The notes below the pieces were generated by a model. That model was not told the origin of the DNA and searched no databases. It saw nothing but the letters and a program-made list of their open reading frames with translations. DNA of 64,000 nt, taken from assembly GCA_965116475.1 (NCBI GenBank), contig OZ220691.1, positions 1,920,001 to 1,984,000 on the forward strand, in the 5' to 3' direction. Shown piece after piece: positions 9,964 to 19,920 of the stretch (the stretch's first letter is position 1; each line of letters opens with the position of its first letter). Source of the DNA: Gemmatimonadota bacterium. GTDB lineage: Bacteria > Gemmatimonadota > Gemmatimonadetes > Palauibacterales > Palauibacteraceae. The position numbers were made by a program, and so were the translations under genes.

Positions 9964-11112
9964 TCAGCGCGACGCGTGCCACTCCCGCAGGATCTCCGCC
10001 TCGCGGTCCGCGGGGAGTCCCGGCCGCATCTCCGCCTGACGCTCCGGCGTACGGGAGAAGTGGAAGTCCAGCGTCGCCTGCGTCGTATCGGCCAGCGAGC
10101 GGAACGTCATCCCGTGCGCGACTTCGTTGGAGAGGTCGAAGCGCGCGAACCCTTCGGACCCCGGCGTCGGCGGCCGCCACACCGGCATCTCGGCGTAGGG
10201 CCGCACGCCGCGCTCGGCGAGGAACTCGCGCGGCACCCACGTGAACGTCGTCTCCGCCGTCGTCACGGCGCGGATCCCGTACAGGAGTTCCGCCATCGGC
10301 CGAGGCGTGGCGGGACCCACGAGGTTGAAGATGCCCGTGTGCCCGCGGTCCGAGGACAGCGCCATGAAGTCGCCGAGATCGCGCACGTCGATGATCTGCA
10401 CCGGGTCCGTCCCGTCGCCGGGAGACAGCACCTCGCCGCCGCGGTGGATCCGCACCGGCCAGTACGTGAAGCGGTCGGTGGGGTCGTCGGGGCCGATGAT
10501 GAGGCCCGGGCGGAAGATCCCGTAGCGGTCGGGGAAGATCCGCATCGCCTCGCGCTCGGACTCCGCTTTTGCGAGGCCGTACGGAAGCCGCGTGATATCG
10601 GCCGTCGCGCGGTCCACGCCGGCCGTTTCGTACGTGTAGGAGGGCACGGCGGACGTCATCGGCACGGTGGAGTGGCTCGCGTACGCCGACCGCGAGGAGA
10701 CGTAGTAGAAGTACCCGACCGAGTCGCGCAGAAACTCCCCGATGCTCGTCACCCAGTCGGGACGCGCCGTGGAGTTGTCGATGACGACGTCCCACGTCCT
10801 CCCGCGCAGCGACTCGAAGTCTCCATTCCGGTCCCCGACGAGTTCCTCGACGCCCTCGAACATACCGGGGCGGTTGCCGCGGTTGAAGATCGTCACTTCC
10901 AGCCCCTGTGCGAGCGCCGATCGAACCTGGTAGGGGCCGATGAACCCGGTCCCGCCCAGGATGAGCAGCGTGCGGGCCTGGCCCGCGGGCGCCCGGTTCG
11001 CGGACGGCCGAGGGGAAAGGGCGCGGGCCGCTCCGGGAACGCCTAAGCCGAGGGCGGCGCCCGCCGCAGCCGTGACCTTCAGAAAATCGCGCCGGTTCGA
11101 ATCAGTGGACAT
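9964..11112 (-). CDS. Tat-exported NAD-dependent epimerase/dehydratase family protein
   Basis: NRRDFLK Tat motif, ILGGTGFIG Rossmann motif, YGLAK; RBS GAGGAG upstream. Confidence 0.85.
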   Translation of the reverse strand: MSTDSNRRDFLKVTAAAGAALGLGVPGAARALSPRPSANRAPAGQARTLLILGGTGFIGPYQVRSALAQGLEVTIFNRGNRPGMFEGVEELVGDRNGDFESLRGRTWDVVIDNSTARPDWVTSIGEFLRDSVGYFYYVSSRSAYASHSTVPMTSAVPSYTYETAGVDRATADITRLPYGLAKAESEREAMRIFPDRYGIFRPGLIIGPDDPTDRFTYWPVRIHRGGEVLSPGDGTDPVQIIDVRDLGDFMALSSDRGHTGIFNLVGPATPRPMAELLYGIRAVTTAETTFTWVPREFLAERGVRPYAEMPVWRPPTPGSEGFARFDLSNEVAHGMTFRSLADTTQATLDFHFSRTPERQAEMRPGLPADREAEILREWHASR

Positions 11113-11124
11113 CAAAAACTCCTC

Positions 11125-12246
11125 TCAGTTCGCGGTGCCGTCGAGCAACTCGAAGATCCGCAGCACCGCCACGGGGTTCGCGCCCGGGCTGGCGATCCCG
11201 CCGAAGTTGTCGGCGTGGGCCGTAAGGTCGATGCGCGCCGCCGCGTCCTCGGCGCTCACCCCCTGGCCGTGGAGCGCGACGGACTGGTCCCACAGGTCCT
11301 GCAGGTAGGCCTGCAGGTGGTCGATCCGCTCCCGCTCCCGGTACGGCTCGCCGTGGCCGGGGATGATCCAGTCGAAGTCGAGCGCCTTCAGGCGGTCCAG
11401 CGTCTCGACCCATTCGTTCACGTACCCGTCGCCCATGTAGGGGAGACCGGCCGTGAGCATGTCCCCGGTGATGATCACCCGGTCGTCCGGCAGGTAGACG
11501 ATGACATCGCCCTCCGTGTGGGCGCGCCCGAAGAAGTGGAACTGGATCTCGCGTCCGCCGCGATAAAGCGTGAGCCGCTCCGAGAGCGTCGTGTTGGGAG
11601 GCGTGGGAACGACCTCCTGCAACTGCGCGTAGTAGGTCCGCTGCGCCTCCAGCGTGGCCTCCAGCTCCGCGCGCGCCGCCGCGTCCGTCATCGTGTCGAG
11701 CGTCGCCTCCAGTTGCTCGATCCGCCTGGGGATCGATCCCACAAAGAGTTCGTAGGAGCGGCCCGAGTTCGAGCGTCCCGCCGCGATCGCCGCCCGGGTC
11801 GCCTCGTGGCTGATGATCTCGACCTCCGGCGGATACACCTGGTTGCCGTGCGCGTGGTCGAAGTGCCAGTGCGTGTTCGCGGCGTAGCGCACGGGGTTGT
11901 CGGTGATCGAGCGCAGATCCTCGACGAGGGCGCTCGCCGCGGCGGGGGAAATGTGGGAATCCACGAGGAGCACGTCCGCCTCGTTCACGACCACGCCGGC
12001 GTTGGATCCCACGACGAGGTCGCTCGCGCCACGGGCATGGTAGACCCCGGGCACGACCTCCGTGAACGCGAAGTGGACGGCTTCCGTTGTCGCGCCGCCG
12101 CCCCCCGCCGCTTCGCCCCCGTCACCACCGTCATCCGGAGAGCACCCGGCAAAGAGCCACGCTCCCGCGAGGATGCCAGCCTGAACCACGCTCCGGGTTA
12201 CACGTTTGCCTCGCACCAACCGCCTCCTGTAGATCGTGGGGGACAC
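11125..12246 (-). CDS. MBL-fold metallo-hydrolase lipoprotein
   Basis: THWHFDHAHG, AHTEGD, TGD and IPGHG motifs; lipobox FAGC. Confidence 0.88.
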   Translation of the reverse strand: MSPTIYRRRLVRGKRVTRSVVQAGILAGAWLFAGCSPDDGGDGGEAAGGGGATTEAVHFAFTEVVPGVYHARGASDLVVGSNAGVVVNEADVLLVDSHISPAAASALVEDLRSITDNPVRYAANTHWHFDHAHGNQVYPPEVEIISHEATRAAIAAGRSNSGRSYELFVGSIPRRIEQLEATLDTMTDAAARAELEATLEAQRTYYAQLQEVVPTPPNTTLSERLTLYRGGREIQFHFFGRAHTEGDVIVYLPDDRVIITGDMLTAGLPYMGDGYVNEWVETLDRLKALDFDWIIPGHGEPYRERERIDHLQAYLQDLWDQSVALHGQGVSAEDAAARIDLTAHADNFGGIASPGANPVAVLRIFELLDGTAN

Positions 12247-12353
12247 CGTTCCCTTCGATCATACCACGTCGGCCAACCGCCGCTCAACGAGATGACCCCG
12301 CTCGCCGTGAAGCATGTTTGCTGCCTGACCCGTGATACGTTACAGTTCCCACC

Positions 12354-12392
12354 ATGATTCTTGGCTTTCGCCACCGAGGCCTCAAACGATGA
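12354..12392 (+). pseudogene. higB: 12-codon remnant of a HigB toxin ([12 protein letters not shown])
   Basis: Matches the typical HigB N-terminus MIxxFRHKGLKR; its TGA overlaps the higA ATG. Confidence 0.7.
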
Positions 12393-12673
12393 AGAACCCG
12401 CCGCATCCCGGCCTGTCCGTGCGCCACGATTGCCTGGAACCCCTGGGGCTCACCGTAACCGAGGCGGCGCGGAGGCTGGGTGTCAGCCGAAAGCAGCTTT
12501 CGGAACTCGTCAACGGCCGTTCGGGCATCTCTCCTGAAATGGCGATCCGCCTGGACAAGGCGTTTGGGGGTGGAGCTGACACCTGGTATCGCCTTCAGTC
12601 GGCCTACGACCTTGCGCAGGCCATGAAGAGGGCCGACCGGATCCACGTCGAGCGGATACCGGCCCCAGTTTGA
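12389..12673 (+). CDS. higA: HigA-family HTH antitoxin
   Basis: MKNPPHPG...[26 protein letters not shown]...[10 protein letters not shown]. Confidence 0.92.
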   Translation: MKNPPHPGLSVRHDCLEPLGLTVTEAARRLGVSRKQLSELVNGRSGISPEMAIRLDKAFGGGADTWYRLQSAYDLAQAMKRADRIHVERIPAPV

Positions 12674-12698
12674 TGCTCGATCCGACGAACCAGACGCC

Positions 12699-13535
12699 CT
12701 AGGCGTCTCGACCGGATAACTCCAGCCGGGCGGGAAGCTCCGCGACGTGCGCCCGAACCTCGCGTTCGACGGGGCTCGCTTCGACATCACCTCGCGCTGC
12801 GGCTGTCGCCCGAAGCTCGGTGTAGAGTTCGACCGCGGCCTCGAGCGCGGCCACGCACGCGGCGGCGTCGACGTCTGCAACCGTCCGTTCAAGATCGGTC
12901 GCGAACGCGGGAAGCCGGTCCTCGATCCGGCGCACGCCGGTCGCCTCGACGCCGGCTCCGAGGAACGCCAGCGGCGCCAGCGCCACGGCCCGCAGAAACG
13001 TCAGTGCGTCCAGCGCCTCGAAGATCTCTCCGCGCTCGATCTTGTCGGCGACGTAATGCGCCCAGATCCAGAAGCGGTCCTCGATCCAGCCCGGATCCGC
13101 GGCCGGGTAGCGGGGGGCGGCGCGGCCGAAGGCGGCGCTCAGGCGGCCATCGACCTCCCACAGGATGACCGGATCCTCGATCCGTTCGTGCACATCGTCG
13201 AGCGACACGAACTTCAGGTCCACGTGCAGAAGCGGAGGACCGTAAAGACACACGAGCAGGCGCGGCTCTCCCACGTGCTCCCCCGTGAAACCCGCCAGAA
13301 ACGAGGCATCGAGTTCGGCGGCGACCGCCTGCCCCCGGTCGAGGATCTCAGGCCAGGCCCCCGGTTCCACCGCCAGCACGAGGTCGAGATCGGAAAACTC
13401 GTCGAACTCACCCGCGATGAACGACCCGCCCGCGGCCAGGCCGACGATGCCGTCGACCCCGGGTACCGCAGCGATCGCGCGCTCGAGAAACGCCCGGTGC
13501 CGGCCGGGCAGCCGCGCCAGACGGTCCTCGATCAC
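12699..13535 (-). CDS. Nucleotidyltransferase-domain protein (start may be 13568)
   Basis: GGSF...DEFSDLDL polymerase-beta-like NTase motif plus helical C-terminal domain. Confidence 0.75.
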   Translation of the reverse strand: MIEDRLARLPGRHRAFLERAIAAVPGVDGIVGLAAGGSFIAGEFDEFSDLDLVLAVEPGAWPEILDRGQAVAAELDASFLAGFTGEHVGEPRLLVCLYGPPLLHVDLKFVSLDDVHERIEDPVILWEVDGRLSAAFGRAAPRYPAADPGWIEDRFWIWAHYVADKIERGEIFEALDALTFLRAVALAPLAFLGAGVEATGVRRIEDRLPAFATDLERTVADVDAAACVAALEAAVELYTELRATAAARGDVEASPVEREVRAHVAELPARLELSGRDA

Positions 13536-13572
13536 CGAACCGCGGCGGCTGTGGCCCCGCCCTCCCATCTGA

Positions 13573-15294
13573 TCAGCCGCTGATTTCGTGCGCCTCGCCC
13601 GCCCCGCGCGGCAGGCGGATCCGCTCGACCAGCCTCTGCGCCTCCGGCGGCGGGGGCGGCGTGAAGCGGGACACGACGGTCGCCACCGCGAAGTTCACCG
13701 TCATCCCGATGGCCCCGATCCCTTCGGGTGAGATCCCGAACCACCAGTTCTCCGCGATGTTCGCAGCAGGGTTCACGAACTTGAAGTAGACGATGTAGGC
13801 GGCCGTGAGCGTGATGCCGCACAGCATGCCCGCGATCGCCCCCTCGCGGTTGAGCCGCTTCGAGAAGATGCCGAGGATGATGACGGGGAAGAACGACGAC
13901 GCCGCGAGCCCGAACGCGAAGGCGACGACCTCCGCCACGAAGCCCGGCGGATTGATCCCCAGATACCCCGCCACCATGACGGCCAGTCCGGCGCTGAACC
14001 GCGCCGCAATGAGTTCGCCCCGCTCACTGATGTCCGGGCGCCAGTTGCGCTTCAGCAGGTCATGGCTGATCGCCGCCGACAGCACGAGCAGGAGTCCGGC
14101 CGCCGTCGAGAGCGCCGCCGCCAGCCCGCCCGCCGCCACGAGTCCCACCACCCAGTTCGGCAGCCGGGCGATCTCCGGGTTCGCGAGCACCATGATGTCG
14201 CGGTCGATCGTGAGTTCGTTCCGGACCGGCGCGCCCGCCGCGTCCACGGCCTCCGGCCCCACGTACTGGATGAGCCCGTCCCCGTTGTGGTCCTCGTAGG
14301 AGATCAATCCCGTCGTCTCCCACTTCGTGAACCACTCGGGCATCTCCGCGTACGGCTGGTCCGTCACCGTGTTGAGCAGGTTCGTCCTCGCGAACACCGC
14401 CACCGCCGGCGCCGCCGTGTAGAGGAGCGCGATGAACACGAGCGCCCAGCCCACGCTGATGCGCGCGTCCCGCACCTTCGGCACCGTGTAGAAGCGGATG
14501 ATCACATGCGGCAGCCCCGCCGTCCCCACCATGAGCGCGGCCGTGATCGCCAGCACGTCGAGCGTCGATTTCGTGCCGTCCGTGTAGGCGGTGAAGCCCA
14601 GTTCCTCGTGCAGTCCGTTCAGCCGGTCGAGCAGGAACGTCCCCGTCTCCTGGTCCGCCGCGCCGAGCCCGATCTGCGGAATCGGGATCCCCGTGACCAG
14701 CATCGAGAGGAAGATCGCCGGCACCATGTAGGCGAAGATCAGCACGCAGTACTGCGCCACCTGCGTGTAGGTAATCCCCTTCATCCCGCCAAGCACGGCG
14801 TAGAAGAAGACGATCCCCATCCCGATGACCACGCCCCAGACGATGTCGATCTCCAGGAAACGGCTGAACACGATCCCCACCCCGCGCATCTGGCCCGCGA
14901 CGTAGGTGAAGGAGACGAAGATCGCGCAGATCACGGCCACGACCCGCGCCGTCTGGGAGTAGTAGCGCTCGCCCACGAAGTCGGGGACGGTGAACGCGCC
15001 GAACTTCCGCAGGTAGGGGGCGAGGAGCAGCGCCAGGAGCACGTAGCCGCCCGTCCACCCCATCAGGTAGACCGAGCCGTCGTAGCCCAGGAAGGAGATG
15101 ATCCCGGCCATCGAGATGAAGGAGGCGGCCGACATCCAGTCCGCCGCCGTCGCCATCCCGTTGGCGAGGGGATGGACCCCCTTGCCGGCCACGTAGAACT
15201 CGCTCGTGGAGTGGGCCCGCGACCAGATCGCGATCCCGATGTAGAGCGTGAACGAAAGCCCGACGAGCGTCGCCGTCCACTGGAGAACCGTCAT
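13573..15294 (-). CDS. Sodium:solute symporter (ActP-like)
   Basis: ATAADWMSAASF, GGMKGITYTQVAQY, GTAGLPHV; many TM segments. Confidence 0.9.
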   Translation of the reverse strand: MTVLQWTATLVGLSFTLYIGIAIWSRAHSTSEFYVAGKGVHPLANGMATAADWMSAASFISMAGIISFLGYDGSVYLMGWTGGYVLLALLLAPYLRKFGAFTVPDFVGERYYSQTARVVAVICAIFVSFTYVAGQMRGVGIVFSRFLEIDIVWGVVIGMGIVFFYAVLGGMKGITYTQVAQYCVLIFAYMVPAIFLSMLVTGIPIPQIGLGAADQETGTFLLDRLNGLHEELGFTAYTDGTKSTLDVLAITAALMVGTAGLPHVIIRFYTVPKVRDARISVGWALVFIALLYTAAPAVAVFARTNLLNTVTDQPYAEMPEWFTKWETTGLISYEDHNGDGLIQYVGPEAVDAAGAPVRNELTIDRDIMVLANPEIARLPNWVVGLVAAGGLAAALSTAAGLLLVLSAAISHDLLKRNWRPDISERGELIAARFSAGLAVMVAGYLGINPPGFVAEVVAFAFGLAASSFFPVIILGIFSKRLNREGAIAGMLCGITLTAAYIVYFKFVNPAANIAENWWFGISPEGIGAIGMTVNFAVATVVSRFTPPPPPEAQRLVERIRLPRGAGEAHEISG

Positions 15295-15584
15295 GCCGCG
15301 CCCTCCTCGTCACGCTCGTCGACGTCGAACGCCCGGTCCAGCCGGTTCATGAGGAAGACGTAGACGAAGATGAGGACGACGAAGACGTAGATCGCGCCCT
15401 GCTGCGCGAACCAGAACCCGAGCGGGAAGCCGGTCCCCGGAATCCGGAACGTGTCGAGCGCGTCCGCGAACACGATCCCGGCGCCGTAGGACGCCAGCGC
15501 CCAGATCGCGAGGAGGACCCCCACGTAACGGAGGTTGCGGCGCCAGTACGCCAGGTGATCGCGGCCTGCTGCGGGCTGATTCAT
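15291..15584 (-). CDS. DUF4212-type small membrane partner of the symporter
   Basis: YWRRNL and GFPLGFWFAQQGAI motifs; 4-nt overlap with the symporter. Confidence 0.88.
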   Translation of the reverse strand: MNQPAAGRDHLAYWRRNLRYVGVLLAIWALASYGAGIVFADALDTFRIPGTGFPLGFWFAQQGAIYVFVVLIFVYVFLMNRLDRAFDVDERDEEGAA

Positions 15585-15668
15585 GGGTCTCCCTTCATTT
15601 CGGCGTCGCCCAAGGCTGCGGCCCGGGTGCGCGGCGCGCCAGTGTCACGCTTCGCGCAGCGACCGGAG

Positions 15669-17372
15669 CTACCAGAACACGCCGAAGACGAGCCAGGCCG
15701 AGATCGCGGCGAGAACTCCGGTGTAGAGCGCCGGGCTGGCCAGCAACGGCACGCGTTCGCTGAAGGGGTGGAGGCGGACCGGGCCGAGTTCGCCGGAACT
15801 CTTCGCCAGCCAGTCGTCGGCGTCGGGGGGCGACGTATCGCCGGCGGGGGACCCACCGCCGCCGCCCGCCGCGGCACCGGCCGCCCGGCGCCAGCGCGGA
15901 TGGAGCGCCGCGAAGGCGCAGCCGGCAGCCGTGAACGCGACGGCCCACACGAACGCCTCCCACTGCCCGGTCAGCCAGGAAGGCAGCCACGAGATGTCGA
16001 CCACCTCGCGGTCCACGAAGCCGATGACGCCGTACAGCCCTCCGGTCGCGAGGCCGACGATCCCCACCCGGCGGTTCGTGCGCGTCACGGCGCCGACGAG
16101 GTAGACGATGAGGAGCGGCGTGACGAAGACGGAGGTGACCGAGCGGAAGGCGGCGAGCATCGTCGGCGCGCGCAGGATCAGCGGCAGGTAGGCGAAGCCC
16201 AGGATCAGGATCGCGACCGTCGCGATGCGTCCCGCACGGAGGTAGTGGGCGTCGTCGCGGTCCCGCGAGATGAAGCGGGCGTAGATGTCGCGCGTGAAGA
16301 CGGCCGACATCGACGAGCCCATCGAATCGAACGTGCTCACCGCGGCGCTCACGACGCCGGCCACGACGAGCCCCTTGGCGCCGACCCCGAGATAGGTGGA
16401 GATCAGGTGAGGGTACATCTCGTCGGGCCGGGCGAAGTCCGGGAACTGCGCCCGGCCGAACAGGCCGAGCATGTCCGTGAAGAGCAGGATGACGAGGCTC
16501 ACGCCCGCTCCGAGGACGCCGGCCATCTTCATGTCCCACAGCGAGCGGGCCCCCATCATGCGCTGGGTGGAGGTGTGGCTCACCGTCCACCACCCGGAGG
16601 AGATGAGAATCCACGCGATGAAGATGACGGCGGGCGACGTGGTTCCGTCCCGTCCCCGGAAGGCGCCCACGTGGACCAGGTCGGCGGCGGCGAGTCCCGG
16701 CGCGAGTCCCTCGGCCGTCGTCCCCAGGCTCTCCAGTTGCGCGACCATGGCGTCCCAGCCGCCCACGGCCTGCCACACGGCGACGCCCACCGCGAGCCCT
16801 CCTACCATCACGAGCACGCTCTGCAGCACATCCGTCGCCACGACGGCCCGCAACCCGCCCACGGCCGTGTAGATGCCCGACAGGACGACGAGCGCCACGA
16901 TCAGCGCCCAGGACAGTCCGGGTCTCAGCCCGCCGACCCCGACCAGCGTCAGGTGGACGGCCCAGATCATGAGCCCCAGCACGGAAGTCCGGTACTGGAT
17001 CTGGATCAGCGCGCCGAGGACGCGCGTACCCGGACCGAAGCGGTGCTCGAGGTACTCGGAGTTGGTGTAGAGTCCGGCCCGGTACATCGCGGGGACGATG
17101 ACGAACGTCGCGATCGTCACGCCGACGAGTCCGCCGAACGTGTGTGCGGAGAGGAAGTGAAGGCCCTCGCTCGCGATCGTCCCCGTGGCCGACACGAACT
17201 CCGAGTTGTCCATGTTGGTCGCGAAGAGGGACAGGCCGACCGCCCACCAGGGCAGCGCCCGCGAACTCAGGAACCATTCGCCGCTCGTGGAGGTGCCGCG
17301 CGCGCGCCGCAGCCCGTAGGCGATGATCGCGCCGTTCAGTCCGAGGACGATCAGCCAGTCCAGGGCGCTCAA
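15669..17372 (-). CDS. Sodium:solute symporter (SLC5-like)
   Basis: LPWWAVGLSLFATN, YTAVGGLRAVVATDVLQ; probable TTG start at LSALDW. Confidence 0.85.
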   Translation of the reverse strand: MSALDWLIVLGLNGAIIAYGLRRARGTSTSGEWFLSSRALPWWAVGLSLFATNMDNSEFVSATGTIASEGLHFLSAHTFGGLVGVTIATFVIVPAMYRAGLYTNSEYLEHRFGPGTRVLGALIQIQYRTSVLGLMIWAVHLTLVGVGGLRPGLSWALIVALVVLSGIYTAVGGLRAVVATDVLQSVLVMVGGLAVGVAVWQAVGGWDAMVAQLESLGTTAEGLAPGLAAADLVHVGAFRGRDGTTSPAVIFIAWILISSGWWTVSHTSTQRMMGARSLWDMKMAGVLGAGVSLVILLFTDMLGLFGRAQFPDFARPDEMYPHLISTYLGVGAKGLVVAGVVSAAVSTFDSMGSSMSAVFTRDIYARFISRDRDDAHYLRAGRIATVAILILGFAYLPLILRAPTMLAAFRSVTSVFVTPLLIVYLVGAVTRTNRRVGIVGLATGGLYGVIGFVDREVVDISWLPSWLTGQWEAFVWAVAFTAAGCAFAALHPRWRRAAGAAAGGGGGSPAGDTSPPDADDWLAKSSGELGPVRLHPFSERVPLLASPALYTGVLAAISAWLVFGVFW

Positions 17373-17466
17373 GGGATGGAGACGCTCCCGCTGCGAGGGT
17401 GCCGTGACGGCGCCGGGCCGGGCGCCACCGTAGCCGGCGCGCAGCCCGACCGTCAACGGCGGACGG

Positions 17467-18762
17467 CTATGCGGCGGCCGGCCGGGCCGGCGACGCCACG
17501 TCCAGCGCGCGGTCGAGATCCTCGATGATGTCATCGATGTGCTCGATGCCCACGGAGAGCCGGATGGTCTCCGGCCGCACGCCGACGCTCAGCTGCTCTT
17601 CCTCGGTGAGCTGCCGGTGCGTCGTGGACGCCGGGTGGCACGCCAGCGACTTGGCATCCCCGATGTTCACGAGCCGCTTGAACAGCTCGAGTGCGTCGTA
17701 GAACTTCACGCCCGCCTCGAAGCCGCCCTTCACGCCGAAGGTCAGGATCCCCGAAGCCCGGCCGCCCAGGTACTTCAGGGCCAGCTCGTGGTACGGGTCG
17801 CCAGGCAGTCCGGCGTAGCTCACCCACTCCACCGCCGGGTGGTCCCGCAGGTGCTTCGCCACGGCCAGCGCGTTCTCGGAGTGGCGCTCGATGCGGAGGT
17901 TCAGCGTCTGGATCCCCTGGATGATCTGGAACGCGTTGAAGGGTGAGATCGCCGACCCCGTGTTGCGCAGCGGCACCGTGCGCGCCCGCCCGATGTACGC
18001 GGCCGGCCCGAGCGCCTCCGTGTAGACGACGCCGTGGTAGCTGGGTTCCGGCGTGGTGAACTGCGGATAGCGGCTCGCGTGCTCCGTCCACGGGAACTTT
18101 CCGGAATCGACGATGGCGCCGCCGAGCGAGTTGCCGTGGCCGCCGATGTACTTCGTCAGCGAGTGCACCACGATGTCGAACCCGTGATCGATCGGCTTGA
18201 GGAGCGCGGGCGTGGCGACCGTGTTGTCCACGATCGTGGCGACGCCGTGGGCGTGTGCCACGTCGGCCACCGCCGCGAGGTCGACGATGTTGCCCGCCGG
18301 GTTCCCGATGCTCTCGACGAACACCGCCTTCGTACGGTCATCGATCAGCCTGGCCAGGTCATCCGGGCCGTCGCCCTCGGCGAAGCGCACTTCGATCCCC
18401 TGCTGCGGCAGCATGTGGGCGAAGAGCGTGTAGGTGCCGCCGTACAACTGGGGCACCGACACGATGTTGTCCCCCGCGGCGGCGAGGTTGAGGACGGAAT
18501 AGTTGACGGCCGCGCTCCCGGAGGACAGCGCGAGCGCCGCCAGGCCGTGCTCGAGCTGGGCAATCCGCTCCTCCAGCACGGCCTGCGTGGGGTTCATGAT
18601 GCGGGAGTAGATGTTCCCTTCGACCTCGAGGTTGAAGAGGTCCGCGCCGTGCTGCGCGTCGTCGAACTCGTACGCCACGGTCTGGTACAGCGGCACCGCC
18701 ACGGCGTGCGTGGTGGGCTCCGACTCGTAGCCCAGGTGGATCGCTACAGTTTCGTCTCTCAT
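17467..18762 (-). CDS. metY: O-acylhomoserine sulfhydrylase (PLP-dependent)
   Basis: YSRIMNPT, LYGGT, HSLTKYIGGHG PLP-Lys, NIGDAKSLACHPASTTH. Confidence 0.92.
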   Translation of the reverse strand: MRDETVAIHLGYESEPTTHAVAVPLYQTVAYEFDDAQHGADLFNLEVEGNIYSRIMNPTQAVLEERIAQLEHGLAALALSSGSAAVNYSVLNLAAAGDNIVSVPQLYGGTYTLFAHMLPQQGIEVRFAEGDGPDDLARLIDDRTKAVFVESIGNPAGNIVDLAAVADVAHAHGVATIVDNTVATPALLKPIDHGFDIVVHSLTKYIGGHGNSLGGAIVDSGKFPWTEHASRYPQFTTPEPSYHGVVYTEALGPAAYIGRARTVPLRNTGSAISPFNAFQIIQGIQTLNLRIERHSENALAVAKHLRDHPAVEWVSYAGLPGDPYHELALKYLGGRASGILTFGVKGGFEAGVKFYDALELFKRLVNIGDAKSLACHPASTTHRQLTEEEQLSVGVRPETIRLSVGIEHIDDIIEDLDRALDVASPARPAAA

Positions 18763-18879
18763 CGGTCTCCGTCTTCTCTCCGATTGTGCCCGGTTTTCCG
18801 GGCGGTGAATGTCCGCGCTTCCGGCCGATCGTCCATCACTGCGGAACGGCCGTGGACGCGGATCGGGACTTCGTGTCGA

Positions 18880-19920
18880 TCAGTCGCGCGCGCAGCTCGC
18901 GAGACAGAATTCCGCGTTGGCCAGACAGGCGCCGGCCGCTCCGCGGATGCCGTTGTGGGCGACCACGGTCATCGCCAGGTCGTGGGGCGGCGCGGCGCGG
19001 ATCCTGCCGACGCTCGCCGCCATCCCGCCGGCCGCGCCGATGTCCAGGCGCGGCTGCGGCCGGTCCGGTTCCGAGCGGACGATGAGCGGCCGTTCGGGAA
19101 GCGAAGGCAGCCGCGGCAGGGAAGCCGGAGCCCGGAACCCGGCGAGCGCCCGCGCGGCGTCCGCGGGACTCGCCGGGGATGCGAGCTTCAGAAAGATGTT
19201 GGCCGTGTGGCCGTCGAGGACCGGTACGCGATTGACGCTCACCGCCACGGCGATCTCCGCCCCCAGGATCTTGTTCAGTTCGGGTCCGATCTTCTCCTCT
19301 TCGCCGGGAATCCAGGGGATGGCGTTCCCCTCGATCTGAACGGAACCGACTCCCGTGAGGCCGGCGCCCGTCACCGCCTGGAGGGTGACGACCGTTGCCG
19401 TCTCGATCCCGAAGGCGTCCTGCAGGGGCGCCAGGGCCAGCGCCAGTCCCGCCACCACGCAGTTCGGATTGGCGACGAGGCGGCCTCCCCCGTCCGACCA
19501 GGGCTGTCCGGCGGCGAGGGCCAGCGCCTGCGGGTTGACCTCCGGCACCAGCAGCGGCACGTCCGCTCTCAGCCGATGCGCCGAGGCGTTCGTGCTCACG
19601 ATGTGTCCGGCTTCCGCGAGCGCCGGCTCGAGTTGGCGCGCCACGCCCGATGGGAGCGCGGAGAGCGCGATCCGGCACTCCGGCGGTTCCGTGGCGTCGC
19701 GGATCCGCAGGCCGGCGGCTTGGGTCGGAGGGTCTCCGCCGAGGCTCCAGCGCACCGCGTCGCCGTACCGCTCGCCCGCGCGCCTCCCGGACGCCGCGAC
19801 GGAGGCGAGCCGGAGCGTCGGGTGCCCGTCCAGCATGCGAACGAGCCGCTGGCCGACGATCCCGGTCGCGCCCAGGACGGCCACCGGCACGCGTTCACTT
19901 GACGGCTGAGTCACGCGCAT
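18880..19920 (-). CDS. asd: Aspartate-semialdehyde dehydrogenase
   Basis: VAVLGATGIVGQ, VPEVN, NPNC, QAVTGAG, RVPVLDGH, HNGIRGAAG. Confidence 0.92.
   Translation of the reverse strand: MRVTQPSSERVPVAVLGATGIVGQRLVRMLDGHPTLRLASVAASGRRAGERYGDAVRWSLGGDPPTQAAGLRIRDATEPPECRIALSALPSGVARQLEPALAEAGHIVSTNASAHRLRADVPLLVPEVNPQALALAAGQPWSDGGGRLVANPNCVVAGLALALAPLQDAFGIETATVVTLQAVTGAGLTGVGSVQIEGNAIPWIPGEEEKIGPELNKILGAEIAVAVSVNRVPVLDGHTANIFLKLASPASPADAARALAGFRAPASLPRLPSLPERPLIVRSEPDRPQPRLDIGAAGGMAASVGRIRAAPPHDLAMTVVAHNGIRGAAGACLANAEFCLASCARD

Noticed and set aside
12699..13568. Nucleotidyltransferase next to higA as an MNT-HEPN toxin system or resistance gene
   Set aside because: Convergent to higA, no adjacent HEPN gene, and substrate cannot be inferred from the motif alone
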